Shown: positions 62,229-64,000 of the stretch, one piece after another
Layout of the letters: every line of letters begins with the position of its first letter
Position numbering within the stretch: the first letter of the stretch is position 1
Assembly (NCBI RefSeq): GCF_044704955.1
Contig: NC_091980.1
Location: forward strand, 130,200,001-130,264,000
Length of the DNA: 64,000 nucleotides
From: Pristiophorus japonicus
Lineage: Eukaryota
Direction of reading: 5' to 3'
The notes under the pieces: generated by a model
Database searches by the model: none
What the model was told of the DNA's origin: nothing
The model's input: only the letters and a program-made list of their open reading frames with translations
Made by a program: the position numbers and the translations under genes

Positions 62229-63904
62229 ATGGCTTCCCAAGTGTGTCAGAACTACCACAAGGACTGTGAGGCTGCTGTCAACAAGCATATCAACATGGAG
62301 CTCTGTTCCTCCTATGTTTATCTCTCCATGGTGAGTTGTGTATTCCTTGTTGCTGCATTCTGAAAAGTTGTTAATTCTCCAGTTCAATGAATTGGCTTTA
62401 TGTTGTATTTCTCTGGACTTCCTTCCCTGGGGGAGCAGAATCTTTGGGCAGTGAGAACTTCAGGTGTGTAATACAGGGGATCTTGTTGAGTTCATGGACT
62501 GCTCCTGACAGCAGCTGCCCTCTATTGAGGTTTAATATTGGAAACCAGCTCAGCTGCTGCCTGAGTGTGTGACAGAAGAGCACAAACCTGGTCAGGGGCG
62601 TGTTGACCTGAAACAATGTTCAGTTTCAGTGGGGGACTGCAGTGAGTGAAATGTGGGTAGGTTCTCATTAGTGCTCTCATTAATTGGAGGTGATGTACTG
62701 AGAATCCTGCTGTTGGAGCCCTGCTCACTGCTGAGATCTCTTGCACTATTGTTGTGTAAACTACTGGAGTGGAGGATTTTTCTCACTCCATGTCCAAACT
62801 TTGATTAGAATGGAAGAATAATCATTTCTATAATGCCTTTCACTACCTTGGAATATCCAAAGTGCTTTGTAGCCAATGAAGGAGTTAAGTGTAGTTACCT
62901 GTTATGTGGGAAATGCAGCAGCCAATTAGTGCACAGGATGCTCCCACAAACTGAAATGAGATAATGATCAGATCATCTGTTTTCGTGGTGTTGGTTGAGG
63001 GATAAATATTAGCCAGGACACTGCAGAGAGCTCTCTGCAGTAGTATTTAGAACATGGAGAAGGCTTGAGGAACCAATGGCTGACTCCAGTCATTCACTCA
63101 GATCATTGCTAATCTTGTACCTCAACTCCACCTCCTGCACTGTCCCCATATCCTTTGCTATCCAAAAGTCTATTGCTCTTGAATATACTCTGACTGGAAT
63201 TCTCTACCCCAGGAGTTGTGGAGGCTCAGAGTCATCACATTGAGTTTAGAAATTCCTCCTCATCTCAGTCCTCAATGACCCCTGGTTCTTGACTCTCCAG
63301 CAAGGGGAACCATCCTCCCTGCATCTAATCCTTCAAGTCCTGTAAGAATTTTGTACATGCCTAATGACATCACCTCTCATCCTTCGAACCTTGAGAATAG
63401 AGGCTCAGTCTGCTCAATCTCTCCTCCTTGATCTTTCACATGCACCTGATGACTGACACACTCTTGTGTGAATGACACAGTAGAGGAGGTATTGCTTATC
63501 CAGGAGTAGAATTTAGTTTGACTGGACATTAAATATAATCCTGAACTTTAGTTTTATATGTTCAACCAGCAAAGGAAAAACTTTCATCATGCTATGGGGA
63601 GGTGAGGCTCAACTCCAATTGATGAAGTCAATGGCATTTTGCTAGTTTACAAATGGTGTCTATCTTTTTAAGAATTCATTCATTCTGTGGAAAAATAACT
63701 CTTGCATTGTATATGAAGATCAAGGTCTAAATAGGCTGTCTTAATTTCTCTCTGCAGTCGTTCTATTTTGACCGGGATGATGTTGCCCTGTGTCACTTTG
63801 CTGAGTTCTTCAAGGAGCAGTCACATGAGGAACGTGAGCATGCTGAGAAACTGATGCAATTCCAGAATCGCCGTGGAGGACGGATCATCTTGTCTGACAT
63901 CAAG
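62229..63904 (+). CDS. Ferritin heavy/middle-type subunit, copy G (type 2), exons 1-2; continues beyond the window
   Basis: Exon 1 62229-62330 [34 protein letters not shown]; exon 2 63758-63904 [49 protein letters not shown]; splice sites intact. Confidence 0.9.
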
Positions 63905-64000
63905 GTTTGGTTCAATTATCTAGTGGCCTTCTGTCTGGATACCCTTTGACCTGATTGATTCAAATACCTCCTAAAGCAATTGATTCCATGGTTGTGGTAG

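Overview
Eukaryotic (vertebrate) genomic DNA. The repeat families (CR1-like LINEs, Deu-domain SINE, short-LTR Gypsy elements) suggest a cartilaginous fish, which is inference only. The window is part of a head-to-tail tandem array of 4-exon ferritin genes (H/M-type, about 176 aa), all on the + strand, with seven copies labelled A-G here. A (exons 3-4 only) and G (exons 1-2 only) are cut by the window edges. B and F have complete open frames. C, D and E carry stops or frameshifts. Introns and flanks sort the copies into three types in the order 1-2-1-3-2-1-2, built by segmental duplication plus a shared deletion of the type-3 unit. The rest is decayed CR1, RTE, L2, Penelope and Tx1 fragments, SINEs, one decayed Gypsy element, two gag-protease-only LTR elements and solo LTRs. 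Main points of interest: no copy has an intact iron-responsive element; copy B encodes a 10-Cys ferritin with an N-terminal CxxCxxxCxxC motif; Met is fixed at ferroxidase-adjacent position 140; and insertions cluster at a tRNA-like LINE head. Exon and LTR coordinates were read by hand, and LINE boundaries are approximate.
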